This document shows positions 10,501-23,650 of a stretch of DNA of 64,000 nucleotides, in pieces. The notes under the pieces are model-generated. The model saw only the letters and a list, made by a program, of their open reading frames with translations. It was not told where the DNA came from and ran no database searches. Within the stretch, counting starts at the first letter, position 1; each line of letters opens with the position of its first letter. The position numbers and the translations under genes were made by a program. Location of the stretch: NCBI GenBank assembly GCA_946965045.2, contig OX337230.1, positions 434,001-498,000 of the forward strand, in the 5' to 3' direction. The stretch is from Epithemia pelagica (lineage: Eukaryota; Protista; Bacillariophyta).

Positions 10501-12346
10501 GGTCAACAAGGCCAAAGCAAAAAGTGAGACGAGAACTGTTGAATGCACAGTTCCTCCAATCTCTTACCTGGGACACTCTGACCAGCGCAATCGCGTCGAA
10601 ATCCAAAGACCTATTGGCAATGGACCTGTGGCTGATGGATCGTCATACAGATCCGGACACACGCTGGATTGAAGAGATGCATCCTATGGCATTGGCAACC
10701 AAGGCCGATGCTGCAGACAATTTCTCATGGGAACAAGCCATGAACGGTCCTGACAAAGACGGGTACTGGGAGGCTTGCAAGAAAGAATAGAACACGCTTC
10801 ATGAGAAGATGAAAGCATGGGAAGTCGTGGCAAGAGAGACATGGATGAATGTCTTACCTGGCACGTGGGCGTTCAAGTGCAAACGGTATCCCGATGGATC
10901 CGTACGCAAATTGAAAGCACGGTTTTGTGCTCGGGGGGACAAACAAGTCGAAGGAGTCGATTTCTTTGACACGTTTGCACCCGTTGGGAATTGGACGACT
11001 GTGCGCCTAATGATGATTCTTTCCATCATTTTGAATCTGTCCACGGTACAAGTTGATTACACGGCAGCATTTGTACATGCGCCGATTGACAAGGATCCCA
11101 ATTGGGACAAGATGACAGAAGAAGAACAAAAGAAAAGTGGCGTGTATGTTGAGATGCCGAGAGGGTTTGCGCAACCAGGGAAAGTCTTGAAACTTACTCG
11201 ATCGTTGTATGGCCTAAAGCAGGCACCACGCAACTTCTTCCTTCATCTGAAAAGCAAATTGGAACAAGTCGGACTCAAATCGCAGGAACACATTGACCCG
11301 TGTCTGTTCATGTCCGACAAAATAATCGTGCTGGTCTATGTGGACGACACATTGATTTACAGCCCCAAACGCGAGTGGATTGATGAGTTTCTTGGGAAAC
11401 TCCAGAATCAACAGAACGTGACACTCGAGATCGAAGACAGTGTAGCCGGATTTCTCGGCGTACACATTGAACGCAACGATAGTGATGGCACTATCACGTT
11501 GACGCAGAAAGGCCTGATCAAGCGAATTGTAGAGGCGCTCCACATTGGAGACAAACCCATGAAACGGACACCAGCATCGAAGGATCCTCTGGTGGCAAAC
11601 AAAAATGGGACTCCAGCACAGTGCAAATTCAGCTATCCAAGTGTCATTGGAATGCTGCAATACTTGCAAGCACATTCAAGACCCGACATCACATATGCCG
11701 TCAGTCAATGTGCACGATACACCCATGATCCTAAGACAACACACGAAGAAGCGTTAGAGAGGATCGGGCAATACTTGAAAGGGACAATGGAGAAAGGGCT
11801 CATTCTCCGTCCAACTTACAACAATCTCAACGTTGATTGTTACGTCGATGCAGACTTCGCGGGTCTGTGGCCACATGAGGATAAGATGGATCCGTCATGT
11901 GTCAAGAGCCGAAATGGGTTTGCCATCTGCATCGCAAACTGTCCAGTGATTTGGCAAAGTAAGTTGCAGTCGGATATTGCAACGTCAACAATGGAGGCGG
12001 AATACACAGCACTCAGTGTGGCGATGAAATCTGTGTTGCCTCTTCTGGAACTTCTGAAAACTGTGGCACGAGGTGTCGGCATGACAGAAGATCAGAGCAC
12101 GAAGTTCAAGACCACAGTGTGGGAAGATAACAATGGTGCCCTGACGCTCGCGAAATGGAGCCGGGCAGGTTCACACCAAGATCAAAGTTCTATGCGATTC
12201 GAATGCACTGGTTTCGATCGCACTTAAAGCCGAATCGAGTCACGGTTGAAAAGATCGAGACATCGAAACAACGTGCAGACATCTTGACAAAGGGTCTGAC
12301 GAAAGATACATTTGAAACAATTCGGAAGCTACTGTGTGGATGGTAG
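7539..12346 (+). pseudogene. pol: Copia Pol (protease, integrase, RT, RNase H); in-frame TAG at 10788-10790 and frameshift near 12153
   Basis: IVIDSG (protease); WHWKLGH and CAAC; IDQY, FVDHASG, YRADNA, QNGVAER (integrase); RKLKARFCARGD, LYGLKQAPR, YVDD (RT); YVDADFAG, STMEAEY, WEDNNGA (RNase H). The tail MEPGRFTPRSKFY...ADILTK lies in another frame. Confidence 0.95.
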
Positions 12347-12362
12347 CCGAGATATTGCGCTT

Positions 12363-12371
12363 GAGAGGGAG
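12363..12371 (+). promoter_or_regulatory. Polypurine tract
   Basis: GAGAGGGAG immediately before the 3' LTR. Confidence 0.85.
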
Positions 12372-12608
12372 TGCGAGTATAGCTGGGGTAGCAAGCTTAT
12401 ACCCGGCAACAAGACTCATCAATCACGAATGATGAGCGACGTAGATGTGAACGAATGGATGGAATGACTCATCCAAAAGATATTGAAGAAAAGATCCAAG
12501 TGAATTTAGTGAGAATTTAGGACTAACATAATAGTGATTATCAGAATAAGTATCCTTTTACGGATTGCTCAATGGGAAAGAGACCGCCGTTCTTTTCCAC
12601 TACTCGCA
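12372..12608 (+). repeat. 3' LTR
   Basis: 237 bp, matches 5457-5693 and 29117-29353. Confidence 0.97.
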
Positions 12609-13127
12609 GAACACTTGTACTGCAGTAGTCTTCGCGCCTGTATGCCATCATACACAGACAATGCTTGGAGCCCGTGCCGTGTCATGTACCGGCAAGCGAT
12701 TTTCCGGCGACTTGTGCAAGCCAAACGGACTTCGAAAGCTTCTTTTCAAACTCGGAAACGCTTTGCCCTGCTTATAAGGGTTGTAGGTTGACTTCTTGTT
12801 TGCATGCCAAGGAGCACGATTTCTTCACAAAAGAAGTTGTATCCGTTAAACTCGCGTGCGAGGCCGAGATGAAAAAGAAACCGTTTCCTTAAATTTCTCT
12901 AAAGTAACACGCAGGCGGACGCGTGCACATCAAATTCCAATCCGAAAACATACCGATATTCGAAACTTGGCACGACCAAACCGCCGAGGTCACCCACAAC
13001 AGGCACAGTCGAACGGACAGACAGACCGAGCCATTGCATTTGGCATCTTCAATCTCGATGCAAACATCGGAAGGCCAGAAAATAATCGCCGGGGGAAAGC
13101 GGGAAGTCTTCTCGTCCTAACGAATAC

Positions 13128-15140
13128 ATGGAAGCAAACCCACTCAGCGTGACGAATTCTATCCAAGATGCCGCCGAACAAGTTCTATCACATTCTTTTG
13201 CCGTGTATCGAGTCGAGGAGGCCACTGCCATCAAAATCAGAGCCGCTCACCGAGCTGCCGTAGGATTTTTCAATGGTACAACAGGAAAAGGGCCGGATGC
13301 CGTGCTAAGTGATATAAAACACATTCGCAGCAAACCAGCGAATCTTATTGAAGATTATCAATGCGTCAAGGACGGAAACTTGTACGGGTATAATCTACCC
13401 CTTCCAAGCAAAGAACTCTTTCGGACATGGTATGACTGCAATGCCCAAGAGAAAGGCGATGAAGAGCAGCAGCTAAAATACTTTATAGGCCAACAGCTCT
13501 GGCCATCAGACGATTTCTGTGAAGCCTCTTTTCATCTCGCAAAGGATCTTCATCGGTTGTTGTCGGAATGTCTTGGGCAAATACAGTCTCTACAAAGGAA
13601 CAACAGGTTTTGTGCTGTTGGAGTCGGTGAGGAAGAAGCCGGTGAAAGCATCGTTTCATCCTATTTGGGTTCCGTCGATGATCATAAAAGACAACGAACT
13701 CCCATTGATTCACCGCCGCCAAAACGTTTGCGTTCGAAACTGGGTGCCATTCCAGTGTATGATGGGAATGGCAGAGGCGAAGAGAAGAACAGATCGACGA
13801 GGCCATTCTTTCATCCAAGCAAGTGCCCTCTAGACTATTTTTTCTACCACAACAGACTTCCGAACCTAATCAATTGCAGTGAGCATGTCGATCGAGGGGC
13901 TCTCGTGGTTGTTTGTCTCACCAGTGTTCCAGGGCTGGAGGTTTTGTCGCCCTCGACATCATCTTTTTATTGCCCGGAAGCTTTGGTGCACAATGAAAAT
14001 TTGTACCGAGAACAAACTGAAAATGATTGCTGTCCTAATTTAGTATGCATCATGGCTGGGGATCAATTGAGTCGACTTTTGCCCGCTTCGAACCCTCCAA
14101 GTGCCTGCGTCCACCGAGTCCGAAATCCATTGCGGCGGGAGGAAAGGATGCAGCAAAAGATGATGGGAATTGCACATCATGGGGAGAAATACAATGATAA
14201 TTTGTCCCATGAAAAATACACAACAAATCAAAGAAAAATCTCACCAAAATCTCCGACGTCTGGAATGATTTCTGATGTCGCTCGATTACATACAAGCAAT
14301 CAGTCGTTGCTAGATGAAGATTCTGATTCCGAAAGAAACAATAATGGTCTTAAACAAGTTACCGAAACAGCTTCTGGAGCTAAGAGCTGCACGAATGAAT
14401 ATCTTGAGCACTTTGAGGAAAGGATGCAGCAAAAGATGATGGGAATTGCGCATTATGGTGAGAAAAACTATGATGCAACAAATTCTTCGACAGATAATGA
14501 TAAAAATCAGAAGACTTCTTCGACTTATTCCTGTGATCACGGGACGTTGAACCACGACCCCACCAACTGTCTCAATCGTTCATTGATATTGGAATCTACT
14601 ACTACAACATTGCCAGCATCTCCACCAAATATAACAACGTTAGAAAAACTACATCAAACGCCAATGGCTATAGCTGGTCAACGCAACAATTGTCCTCCTA
14701 CACCGATGCTTCCCGGAGCATATAGGCTCGGTGGAGGAGGACTCAACGAACCTGATATTGAAGACTCTCGTCGTGAAAGCGATGATGCAACAGTCATTCC
14801 TGTCAATGAGTACTACGCTTGAGCAAAGAATAATAGTAGCTTTGGACAGGATGAGGCAATTACTGCACATGTTGTCGACGAAAAAGCGGAGCAGGAGAGA
14901 GAAAAACAAATGCATGATGCTCTTAAAGAACTGGAAGAGCTTCACCATCATGAAATTGAGCTAGAAAATCAAGTGAAAGAGCTTCAAGAGTTCCAGAAGC
15001 AGATGCAAAAGAACACCAAAACCTGCGGGTGTGAAAGGGCTGCTCTTATTGGTCTTGCAATGTGCGCATGTTTTTTGTTTGGATCTGTGCTTATTTTTCT
15101 GCTGTGTTCTAAATATTACTATCCTCAAAAACAAACATGA
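13128..15140 (+). pseudogene. Chimera: C-terminally truncated 2OG-Fe(II) oxygenase (IPNS-like) fused to a low-complexity single-pass membrane protein; in-frame TGA at 14820-14822
   Basis: LDYFFYHN...CSEHVDRGAL...PGLEV...CIMAGDQL...ACVHRV (HxD...H). The sequence switches abruptly at 14139 to EERMQQKMM, then PGAY. After the TGA the same frame continues to a coiled coil and the hydrophobic AALIGLAMCACFLFGSVLIFLLC. Confidence 0.7.
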
Positions 15141-15419
15141 TTCCGTCTCATTCATCCCATCAAAGGATATCCCCGACCCATTATCCTCCTTCATGTGACA
15201 TATGTCAAGGTACTTCAAAATCCTGACCAAGTGTTTGAAAGTCAATAAACCGATCAGATTGAAACAAAAGTACATACTGTATGTACATCAGCAATGATAT
15301 AGAACCTTAAAAAAAAACTTTGATAGGCAAAAACACAAGAGGAAACATAACTAAAATAGCTTGTGTCTTTTTCTTGGAAAGACAACAATTGTTTATTATT
15401 ATCATTACTAATATTATTA

Positions 15420-16020
15420 TCACCAAACAATATCCAATTTTTCTAAAAATTGATCACCACCAGCAATTAATAAGATCTCATTCTCCTTCTTCTTTTCATT
15501 ATCATCATCATCACCATTATCCATAGAAGAAGTAGGGTTCTTCTGCTGTAATTGTAAAGCAATTAATTGTCTCCAATCACTATATGAGTTCAATTGTGGT
15601 AAAAATGACCATTGACGACTTTGAGAATTATATACTTCGCATATAGATTTAATTCCCATACCACCAGCAACAATCATATGATATGTATTCATTGAATGAC
15701 CAATCGTAGCCGAACCAAAGTAATGACGTGCTATATTCATATTCGGTATTGTCTTCCACTGTAATGTTGCCATATCCAATATATCAACAGTATTCAATGG
15801 TCCGGATGTATGATACCCACCAGCTGCTATGATACGTGCATCACCAACAATACTTACAGATAGACAATCACGTGGTGTTGGCATAGATGGTAAATCTGTC
15901 CATTGGTTGTTGATCGTGTCAAACATTTCAATTGTTGATAGATTCCCTTGATTTGGATTATAACCACCTAATACGACAACTTTTTTTTATAAACAACTGC
16001 AGCAAATTGATATCTTCCCT
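15420..16020 (-). pseudogene. Kelch-repeat protein fragment, AT-rich, frameshift in an A8 run
   Basis: Repeats such as RYQFAAVVY|VVVLGGY..STIEMFDTINNQWTDLPSMPTPR, IIAAGGY..NTVDILDMATLQWKTIPNMNIARH and MIVAGG..ICEVYNSQSRQW. No start or N-terminus is seen. Confidence 0.8.
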
Positions 16021-16379
16021 CTGACATCGGGGGTAAAGACCGCGACTTGAAAAGCTGCCAACTACTCTGTCTTAATTTTTGTTTTGATTTGTCCCCCTTG
16101 GATTTCATCGTATCCGAATGCTAAACAACAACAACAACAAGAACAACAAGAACGAATCGGCACCGTGTTTCTTGTGGTGGTGGTGGTGTATCGGAGTGCC
16201 ATGACGTTGGTGTGTTCCCGTCGCGGTCGTTTTTCGAATGTGGGGGGACCGGATCCAAGGGGTTGTGTGTGTGTGTGTGTGTATGGACCACACATACACA
16301 TGTGTATATATGTGGTGGTGGTGAGGATGATTTCACCGCAGCCACAGAATGACACACAATGGTGTGTGAATTCGCATGG

Positions 16380-18330
16380 TACTTGGAGTGGTGCATGTGG
16401 TGGTACGTACCGAGTTTTTGTAGGGGTGTCGAGCTCTTCTGCGGTCATGTGGTACAAGGCACCAAACCGTTGCGCATTGTACCACAGGACAACAAAAGAG
16501 CTTCACACCAATGTACCAAACTCATTTGAAACCAGGACTGCGGCAGCAAATCCGAAAAACGCTTCCATATATCTCTACAGCGAGACCACAAGAGGGACAT
16601 GTTTCTTCCAACTGTTGAGTGTGTCTGCCGAAAAGAAACCGCGTTGGTGGAGTGTCGTCGTTGCCATTCCAGAACCATGGCGTGAACCACCAAAAAAGGC
16701 ACATGGAGACAATGAAAACATGATACCAAACAGGGAGAGAGAGGGAACAGGATGCCCCACAGGAACCTCTGTAAGATATTATGTGTCTCTTGTATCGCTC
16801 ATGGCTTGGCGCAGTCATGTTTTGAATTCAAAGATCTTTGAAAACAAATATGAGAATCAACGAAACATGACTGCGGCAAGTTATGAATTTTTCAACAGAC
16901 ACATCTTACAAACGTTCTTCTACAAGCCTTTGGAGACGAACAGAGTTTTTGGATGGGTGTCGAGCTCTTCTGCGGTCATGTGGTACAAGGCACCAAACCG
17001 TTGCGCATTGTACCACAGGACAACAAAAGAGCTTGACACCAATGTACGAAACTCATATGAAACCAGGACTGCGGCAACAAATCCAAAAAACGCTTCCACA
17101 GGTCTCTACAACGAGACCAAGAGGGACACGTTTCTTCCAACTGTTGGTGTGTCTGCCGAAAAGAAACCGCGTTGGTGGAGTGTCGTCGTTGCCATTCTAG
17201 AACCATGGAGCGAACCACCAAAACAGGCACATGGAGACAACAAAAACATGATATCATACAGGGAGAGAGAGGGAACAGGATGCCCCACAGGAACCTCTGT
17301 AAGATATTATGTGTCTCTTGTATCGCTCATGGCTTGTCGCAGTCATGTTTTGATGAAACCATGATTGCTCCAAATCATGAGCGCTTCAAGAGATGCTTCT
17401 ACAAACAAAGACGAACACTTTTATTCGAACCGTGTTTTGTCTGCCGAAAAGAGTTGGAATGTTGTCGTAGCAATTCCAGAACCATGGAAAGAATAGACAA
17501 ACGGAGAGAGAGGAAACGGGATGCGGAACAGAACCTGGTGACCTTCGGTGACCCGTTGCTTTTGTGTGCATATCTGAGGGATGGTCCAGTTGGATGAAAA
17601 CAAAAAGCAGCAAATCGCGTCGAGTGTTTGGGAGTGTACGAATTGGTTGCCAATCTCAAGACCTTCCACATAAATTCGAAAACCATGAAACCATGACTGT
17701 GGAACGTCAGGAACGCTTCAACATCTTTCAAACAGTTTCTTTGCAAACCTTTCGAGAGGGACACTTTGATTCGAAACATGTCTTGTCGGGCCAACAGCAT
17801 TGGAACGGAGAAAGGGAACGTGATGCGGAACTGGACAAGAGGACCCGTCTGGTTCTACTTTGGTGTGTGCACAGTGGAGATGAGCCACTTAAAGGGACAA
17901 GATGACCCGTCTGGTTCTACTGTTGTGTGTGCACATTGTAGATTGGTGATGGAAGCAGCAAGTCTTGTGTGTCGTGTTTGGAAGCATGCATTGGTTGTAT
18001 TTCGTTTGATTCTCGTAACGGTTTGGAAGGTCTTGATGATTCCAAGATCTTCCAAACCATTCCGAAACTCAACGAAACATGACTGCGGCAAGTCATGCAT
18101 GATTTAACGGACACATCTTTCAAGCGTTCTTCTACAAGCCTCAGAGGGACACTTTGATTCGAAACGTACTGTGTCTGCCGAAAAGAGTTTGGGTGTTGTC
18201 GCAATTTCAGAAAAATGGAGGGAACATACAAAAAGACAAAAGGGAAGAGAGAGGAACAGACCAGATGGCCCGTCTGGCTCACTGGTGTGTGTGCATATCA
18301 GAGATGGGCCAGTTCGATAGATCACGGTGT
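16380..18330. repeat. Degenerate tandem array of about 350-540-bp units
   Basis: GGGTGTCGAGCTCTTCTGCGGTCATGTGGTACAAGG recurs at ~16425 and ~16955. GT(G)TCTGCCGAAAAGA recurs at ~16621, 17149, 17439 and 18171 with increasing divergence. Confidence 0.8.
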
Positions 18331-18656
18331 TTTGGAGAATCCGCGAGGTCAAAATTTTAGTTTCATACGGGGGGCGGTAATCTCGGACTTTTGTGCAAAT
18401 GCCGGTTGTAGTTTCGAGTTTTCGCTTACTGTTCGTCGAGGCGACATGCTCGTTGGCATGGTCGGGTGAGTCTCCACGGTCGTCGGGGTGTTCCAGAAAT
18501 TTCTTGCTGCTGCCTTTCCACATGGAAAAGATCGTTTTCTCGCCACGAACCACAAGAGCTTTCCTAGTGAAGTGCACCTCCTGTCCAAAGATTTGGAGGC
18601 CGCACCTCCTGTCCAAAGATTTGGAGGCCGTGCTGGCACCTCCGTTTGTGGCCTCC

Positions 18657-20105
18657 ATGTCGGAAGCGTCGGCGGGTCAGGACGACCCGGACGAGACGGA
18701 CCACGAGAGTCTCCGTGAATACGTAGACTCTATCTTGGCGTCTCTGCCGGAAACCAACGAAACTTTGAGTCCTCCTTTGCAAGATGAAAGGCCGCGGCGC
18801 GAAACCGACCAATTTTCAAATCCTCCTCAAGGCGACAGTTTGCAACTCGCAACGGACCATCTCTCCAGTCCTCCCCAAGATGGAATGCCGCGAACCGAAG
18901 CAGACCAACTCTCAAATCTTCATTACGACGAAAGGTTGCAACTGGAAACGGACCAACTCCCCAGTCCTCCACAAGATGGAATGCTTCGAACCGAAGCGGG
19001 CCAACTCTCAAATCTTCATTACGACGAAAGGATGCAACTGGAAACAGACCATCTCTCAAATCCTCCCCAAGATGGAAGTCCTCGAATCGAAGCGGGCCAA
19101 CTTTCAAATCCTCCTCAAGACGAGAGTTTGCAACTCGAAAGGGACCAACTCTCAAACCGTCCCCTAGTAGATGGACGGCATCACATCGAAGCGGGTCAAT
19201 TCTCCCAACCTCCTCAAGACAAAAGACGGCGGCGACTTGAAACCGACGGAATGGCCAGTTCCAACCAAGACAACACGCTTCAACCTGAAAATGACGAAAT
19301 CGCGCTTCTTCGGCAACAACTGGAATTGATACACGTCCCTGGTGTGACAATAGATCCTTGGCATCCGGCTCTGGAGTCGATGTGGCGCGAGTGGACGGAG
19401 ACTGTCTCGCTTGAAGAGTTTGCTTGGCAGTCATGCGTGTACGGTTGCTTGATGCCAAAGCGAAACTCTCAACAAACGAAGTCCAAAACACATTCCGAGA
19501 GAAAGAAAAAAGCTAGGTCGAAAAGCAACTATCGACTCAACCGGCTGAAACAAGTGGGCCCTGAATTTGGTTTCTTGCTCGATCCTGGTAGCAGTTGGAG
19601 CCGATATGCCCACAATCGCAAGCTGTCTGACGAGGAGGTTCGCCTGGCCGTTTCGCGGAGTCATGAGGCATGGAAGAAACTCAAACGCCTCAAGAAACAC
19701 AAACGCCTTCGTGGAGAGAGGGTGTTAGAAGAGTTGAAACGGCGCTTTGGTTCTAGGATCAAACGTTTCATCGATACATCCATTGAGAAGAAAGAACCCC
19801 CTTTGGGGTTTAGGACATTGAAGGACGTCAACGTTGTGGATGCTTGGAACCGCGTTGTTGATTTTATCTCTGCGTTGGAAGAAAGCGATGATGATGACGA
19901 AGATTCTGAGGTTATGGATGTAAGTAAGAGAGCTCTCCTGTTTTTGATATTGCAGTGTGAAAAATGTCATGGGCCTTACAATTTTTCCTCCCAGCCTGGT
20001 CCGAAGGATGACAAGGATCCCGAAAACATTGATGGTGACGGTGATGGAGATGGTAGTGGGCCAATGGGAGACTCAGGCAGTGCTTTGGTGGATCTTGAAA
20101 CATAG
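18657..20105 (+). CDS. Hypothetical protein with 15-aa internal repeats and a basic C-terminal half
   Basis: About 10 repeats of the form ETDQLSNPPQDG/EAGQLSNLHYDE; the frame is open for 482 codons after ATG 18657. Confidence 0.55.
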   Translation: MSEASAGQDDPDETDHESLREYVDSILASLPETNETLSPPLQDERPRRETDQFSNPPQGDSLQLATDHLSSPPQDGMPRTEADQLSNLHYDERLQLETDQLPSPPQDGMLRTEAGQLSNLHYDERMQLETDHLSNPPQDGSPRIEAGQLSNPPQDESLQLERDQLSNRPLVDGRHHIEAGQFSQPPQDKRRRRLETDGMASSNQDNTLQPENDEIALLRQQLELIHVPGVTIDPWHPALESMWREWTETVSLEEFAWQSCVYGCLMPKRNSQQTKSKTHSERKKKARSKSNYRLNRLKQVGPEFGFLLDPGSSWSRYAHNRKLSDEEVRLAVSRSHEAWKKLKRLKKHKRLRGERVLEELKRRFGSRIKRFIDTSIEKKEPPLGFRTLKDVNVVDAWNRVVDFISALEESDDDDEDSEVMDVSKRALLFLILQCEKCHGPYNFSSQPGPKDDKDPENIDGDGDGDGSGPMGDSGSALVDLET

Positions 20106-23100
20106 TTGTTGTGACAAGGAAAACAACAACCATGTCTGAAGAACTTTCAGTGCAACTGGAAATGTGTCGGAGGATTGGAAGTTAATGTGAGAATAATGGA
20201 GTGAGCAAAAGAAATCTCACGACAGTGTATGGTGACCCGGAATGGCTTCGACTTCTCCGCCTTCAATCGGTTGGTGAGGACGAGCATTCACGTGCCATTA
20301 TGCACTGTCGACCTTGAGGCATCTTTGCTCTCTGAAAATATCATGAGTCCATGTGCCCCTGCGATTATCGTTGGTATCCATTCGGAATGCCAACCATTGA
20401 ATGTTTGACCCAGTTTAGGCACTATGATAAGATGGATTGCATTTGTAGGAATACTTCTTCATATTTCGTAGCGTGCTGCTAGGCTCAACATGGAGGTAGT
20501 CCGCTTGTTCGCTAGTGTTGCCATTGACCACGAAACATAGTCAATTCCACTCGGAAAAGAATAACATCTTGTCATCACTGAACAGCGTTGGTGTGCATCT
20601 GTACATGGTCATCGATAAGGGAATGACCACTCCGTTTGCAAACGAGTTTTCGCAAAATCAACTGAAGTTCCTCACAGGTTGTGCCACACAGTTTTGGTCA
20701 TGGCGAGTACAGAGGAATTACCTGGATGAAAACTCAGAATCAGACGGCGAGCAGGAAGCATTGGGTATGAATACGACACCATGTGACACGGAACAGCCCA
20801 TCATGAACACATCCCAGAGAGAAAGACAGATTTCGCGAGACAGTCGAACAAGAGTTTTGACACAAGAGCAATGAGTTTTTCGTAGCATGCCCAAAAGACA
20901 TTTCTGATCCAGTAGTTCGTCGCAAGAAACATGTCAATGGCCGCCCTCGCCAAGAGGGGAGGGGGAAAGGACGATTCAACGGCCTACGGTCTGGCACGAC
21001 GACGCTTCCTATACAAGCCCTAGTTCCTGGCTCCTACACAAACGCAGACAATCACAACATTCTCACGTTCGCAGCGGAATGAGAATCCTGTGGCACCCTA
21101 AAGAACCAATGATACCCCCAAGAGTGGGGTGAGTTTACGACGAATGCTTGGCTCGTTTGGAGGCAGCTTGCGTCTCATCCTGATTTGTTGGTTTGGATGG
21201 ACGTTTCTTTCTCGGATCGAGCGGTGCTTTGTTGGTTCGCGCCTTGCGGGGATCGGATGGTGCTGCTTGTCGCATGGATGTTCGAGGATCAGCTCGTATA
21301 GATGTTCGAGGATCTGAGGGGACATGTTCCTTGTTGTGGACACTGGGATTTGTCGTCCGAGGATCTCTCATGGGTTGCGTCATTATTGTGTTCCCTCCTG
21401 ATCTTGCAGATCCTTCCACATTCCATGGTTGCGTTCTTGGGGGTGGTGGAGGAGGGGGTGGGGGCGGCGGCGGCGGCGGAGGAGGAGGGACTTGCCCAAC
21501 AGATGGACGATTCCAACTTCCCTCCGGTCTTCCACCTGGTACCATATCGCTGTTGCTGCTGCCGTATATTGGGGGCGATGGCGGTGGTGGTGCTTCCATG
21601 ACGGGTGGAGCCGCGGGCACAACCGTGGAACCACCAACGCCTTCCATTTTCCATTCGGCAGGTGGAGCAAAAGGCCCCATGGGATGGTTGGATACCTTGG
21701 CAACTTTGAGAACGGCATTGGTTTCACGGGCATGTTGAACCAGGTCGTTCCAGTAGGGATTGACCACAATGGATTGGCATTTGGCAATGACAAACAAAAA
21801 GTGCTTGGCTCGTGTCAAGGCCACATTCATACGACGAACATCGGCCAAGAAACCAATGCCCTTGCTACTCCCCGAAGCTCGCACCGCCTAAAAAATGACA
21901 ATGTTTGCCTCCTGACCTTGAAAGGCATCGACGGAATTGATTTCCACCAACTTTTCGGATTGCTCTGGACCACCCAAGGCTTCGGCAAAGAGCCGACGCA
22001 ACAAGTTACATTGCTGTGCATAGGGTGTAATGACAGCTACCTTGGATTCGGTACACAACTTGCGAGCATACTCGGAAAGCTTTTGGTACAAAAAGACGGC
22101 TAACATGGCCTCTTGTTTGTTTGACAAACTGGTTCCTCCCCGCTCTTCCATGGAATCCAAATCCAAAATCGTAAAAGGTTTGAATTGTGGCACGGCACAG
22201 TTGAGTACCACACGAAGACGATTGCCATAATTGGGATTCTTGACATTCGGTCCATCCAACAAATTGCCTCCAAAAACAAATGACGAGGGAAATGAGAAAT
22301 ATCGGGATGCATTCGATACTGCTCATTGAGCATATAGACTGGTTGCCCTGCCTCCTCCAATCGCTGAAAGAGAGATCGATCGTATTTGGAATTCCGACCC
22401 GACACATTAAAGATAGTAGCCGGCAATTGTTGCGGATCTCCCACCAACACGGCATGTCTCGATCCCAATTGCAAGGCCGAAAGCGTGGCTGGTTCGACAC
22501 TTTGGGCCGCCTCATCCACGACCACGACTTCAAACTTGTCGACAGCCTCCAGTGTCCGGCTTCCCGCCGTTCCCAAGGTGGTCATGACAATATGGACATC
22601 GTTCAAGACATGAGATTCTAGATTCATGCGTACTTCATTGTGATTGGCGCCTTGATCCATACCACCCTTGATAATTGTGCATCGTTCCAGATGCGTCTTG
22701 ATGGAAAAATAATTTTCCACCAATCGGACAAGACGGGAGACGTACGTGCGGTATTCCGGCATGGAGGTGGCCGGAAATTGCGTTTCGCCTGGTTCGGGAG
22801 GCGGTGGTACTTCGTACGTCGTGGTCTTGTCGCGATGATTGACATAGTAGACCCGGCCAACACTATTGCTGTTGGAGGAATCGGACGGTTCTTCTTCGAC
22901 ACGAATTTCCCAATCTCGTGACAAGGGCCAGGAACAGGCCGAGGTCATGGCATGCAACCGTTGTCGCAATTTGAACATGTCTTGACTGATGCGAGACAAT
23001 TCCATACGATAGCCGGCAATGGAGGCATCCAAACGAGCCAGGTCCAAATTTCCCCCCAGAATGGTTTCCACCTTGGTTTCCAAGGCGACGGCTCGAACGG

Positions 23101-23478
23101 CTGTGGACTGACCGACACCGACCCGAATCATACTAGGATTGTACCGTTGTCCCTGCCCATCAATGAATCCATCTTGCATAATCTTGAGAATAATATTGTC
23201 GACCGCAGCATTGGAGGGCGCACACACCAATAATCGTGGTTTGGACTTGCGAGCCATTTGCAAGGCCGTTTGTTTCGCTCCTTGGGGTTGGGAGGCAATC
23301 CGTCGTACTTCGGCATAGTACTTGTTGTACTGCCGAATATGTAAGGAATTTAACACGGCAACCAACGTTGTGGTTTCTAGTGTATAACATAGACAAACAG
23401 TGAAAACAAGCAACAACAGAACCACAAACATATGAGTATACTCCACAATCCTTTGCTGTCAACCACATATTCCCACCC

Positions 23479-23650
<172 letters not shown>

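Larger units (their letters stand above)
5457..12608 (+). mobile_element. Full-length Ty1/copia LTR retrotransposon (CoDi-like), defective
   Basis: Two 237-bp LTRs with TGCGAGTA...TACTCGCA ends, 5-bp TSD GAACA (5452-5456, 12609-12613), PBS, PPT, and gag-PR-IN-RT-RH order. Confidence 0.97.

Noticed and set aside
2765-14822. Alternative genetic code (UGA = Trp) explaining three in-frame TGAs
   Set aside because: Trp is encoded by TGG throughout, other genes end in TGA, and in-frame TAGs and frameshifts also occur; decay is the simpler explanation.
20515-20874. 119-aa ORF as a gene
   Set aside because: It has a non-ATG start in the track, no recognisable motif and no supporting exon structure.
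21020-21090. Hairpin ATTCTCA...TGAGAAT plus CTAG as a Helitron 3' end
   Set aside because: The hairpin lies ~35-40 nt from the CTAG, farther than typical, and no 5' end or RepHel gene is seen.
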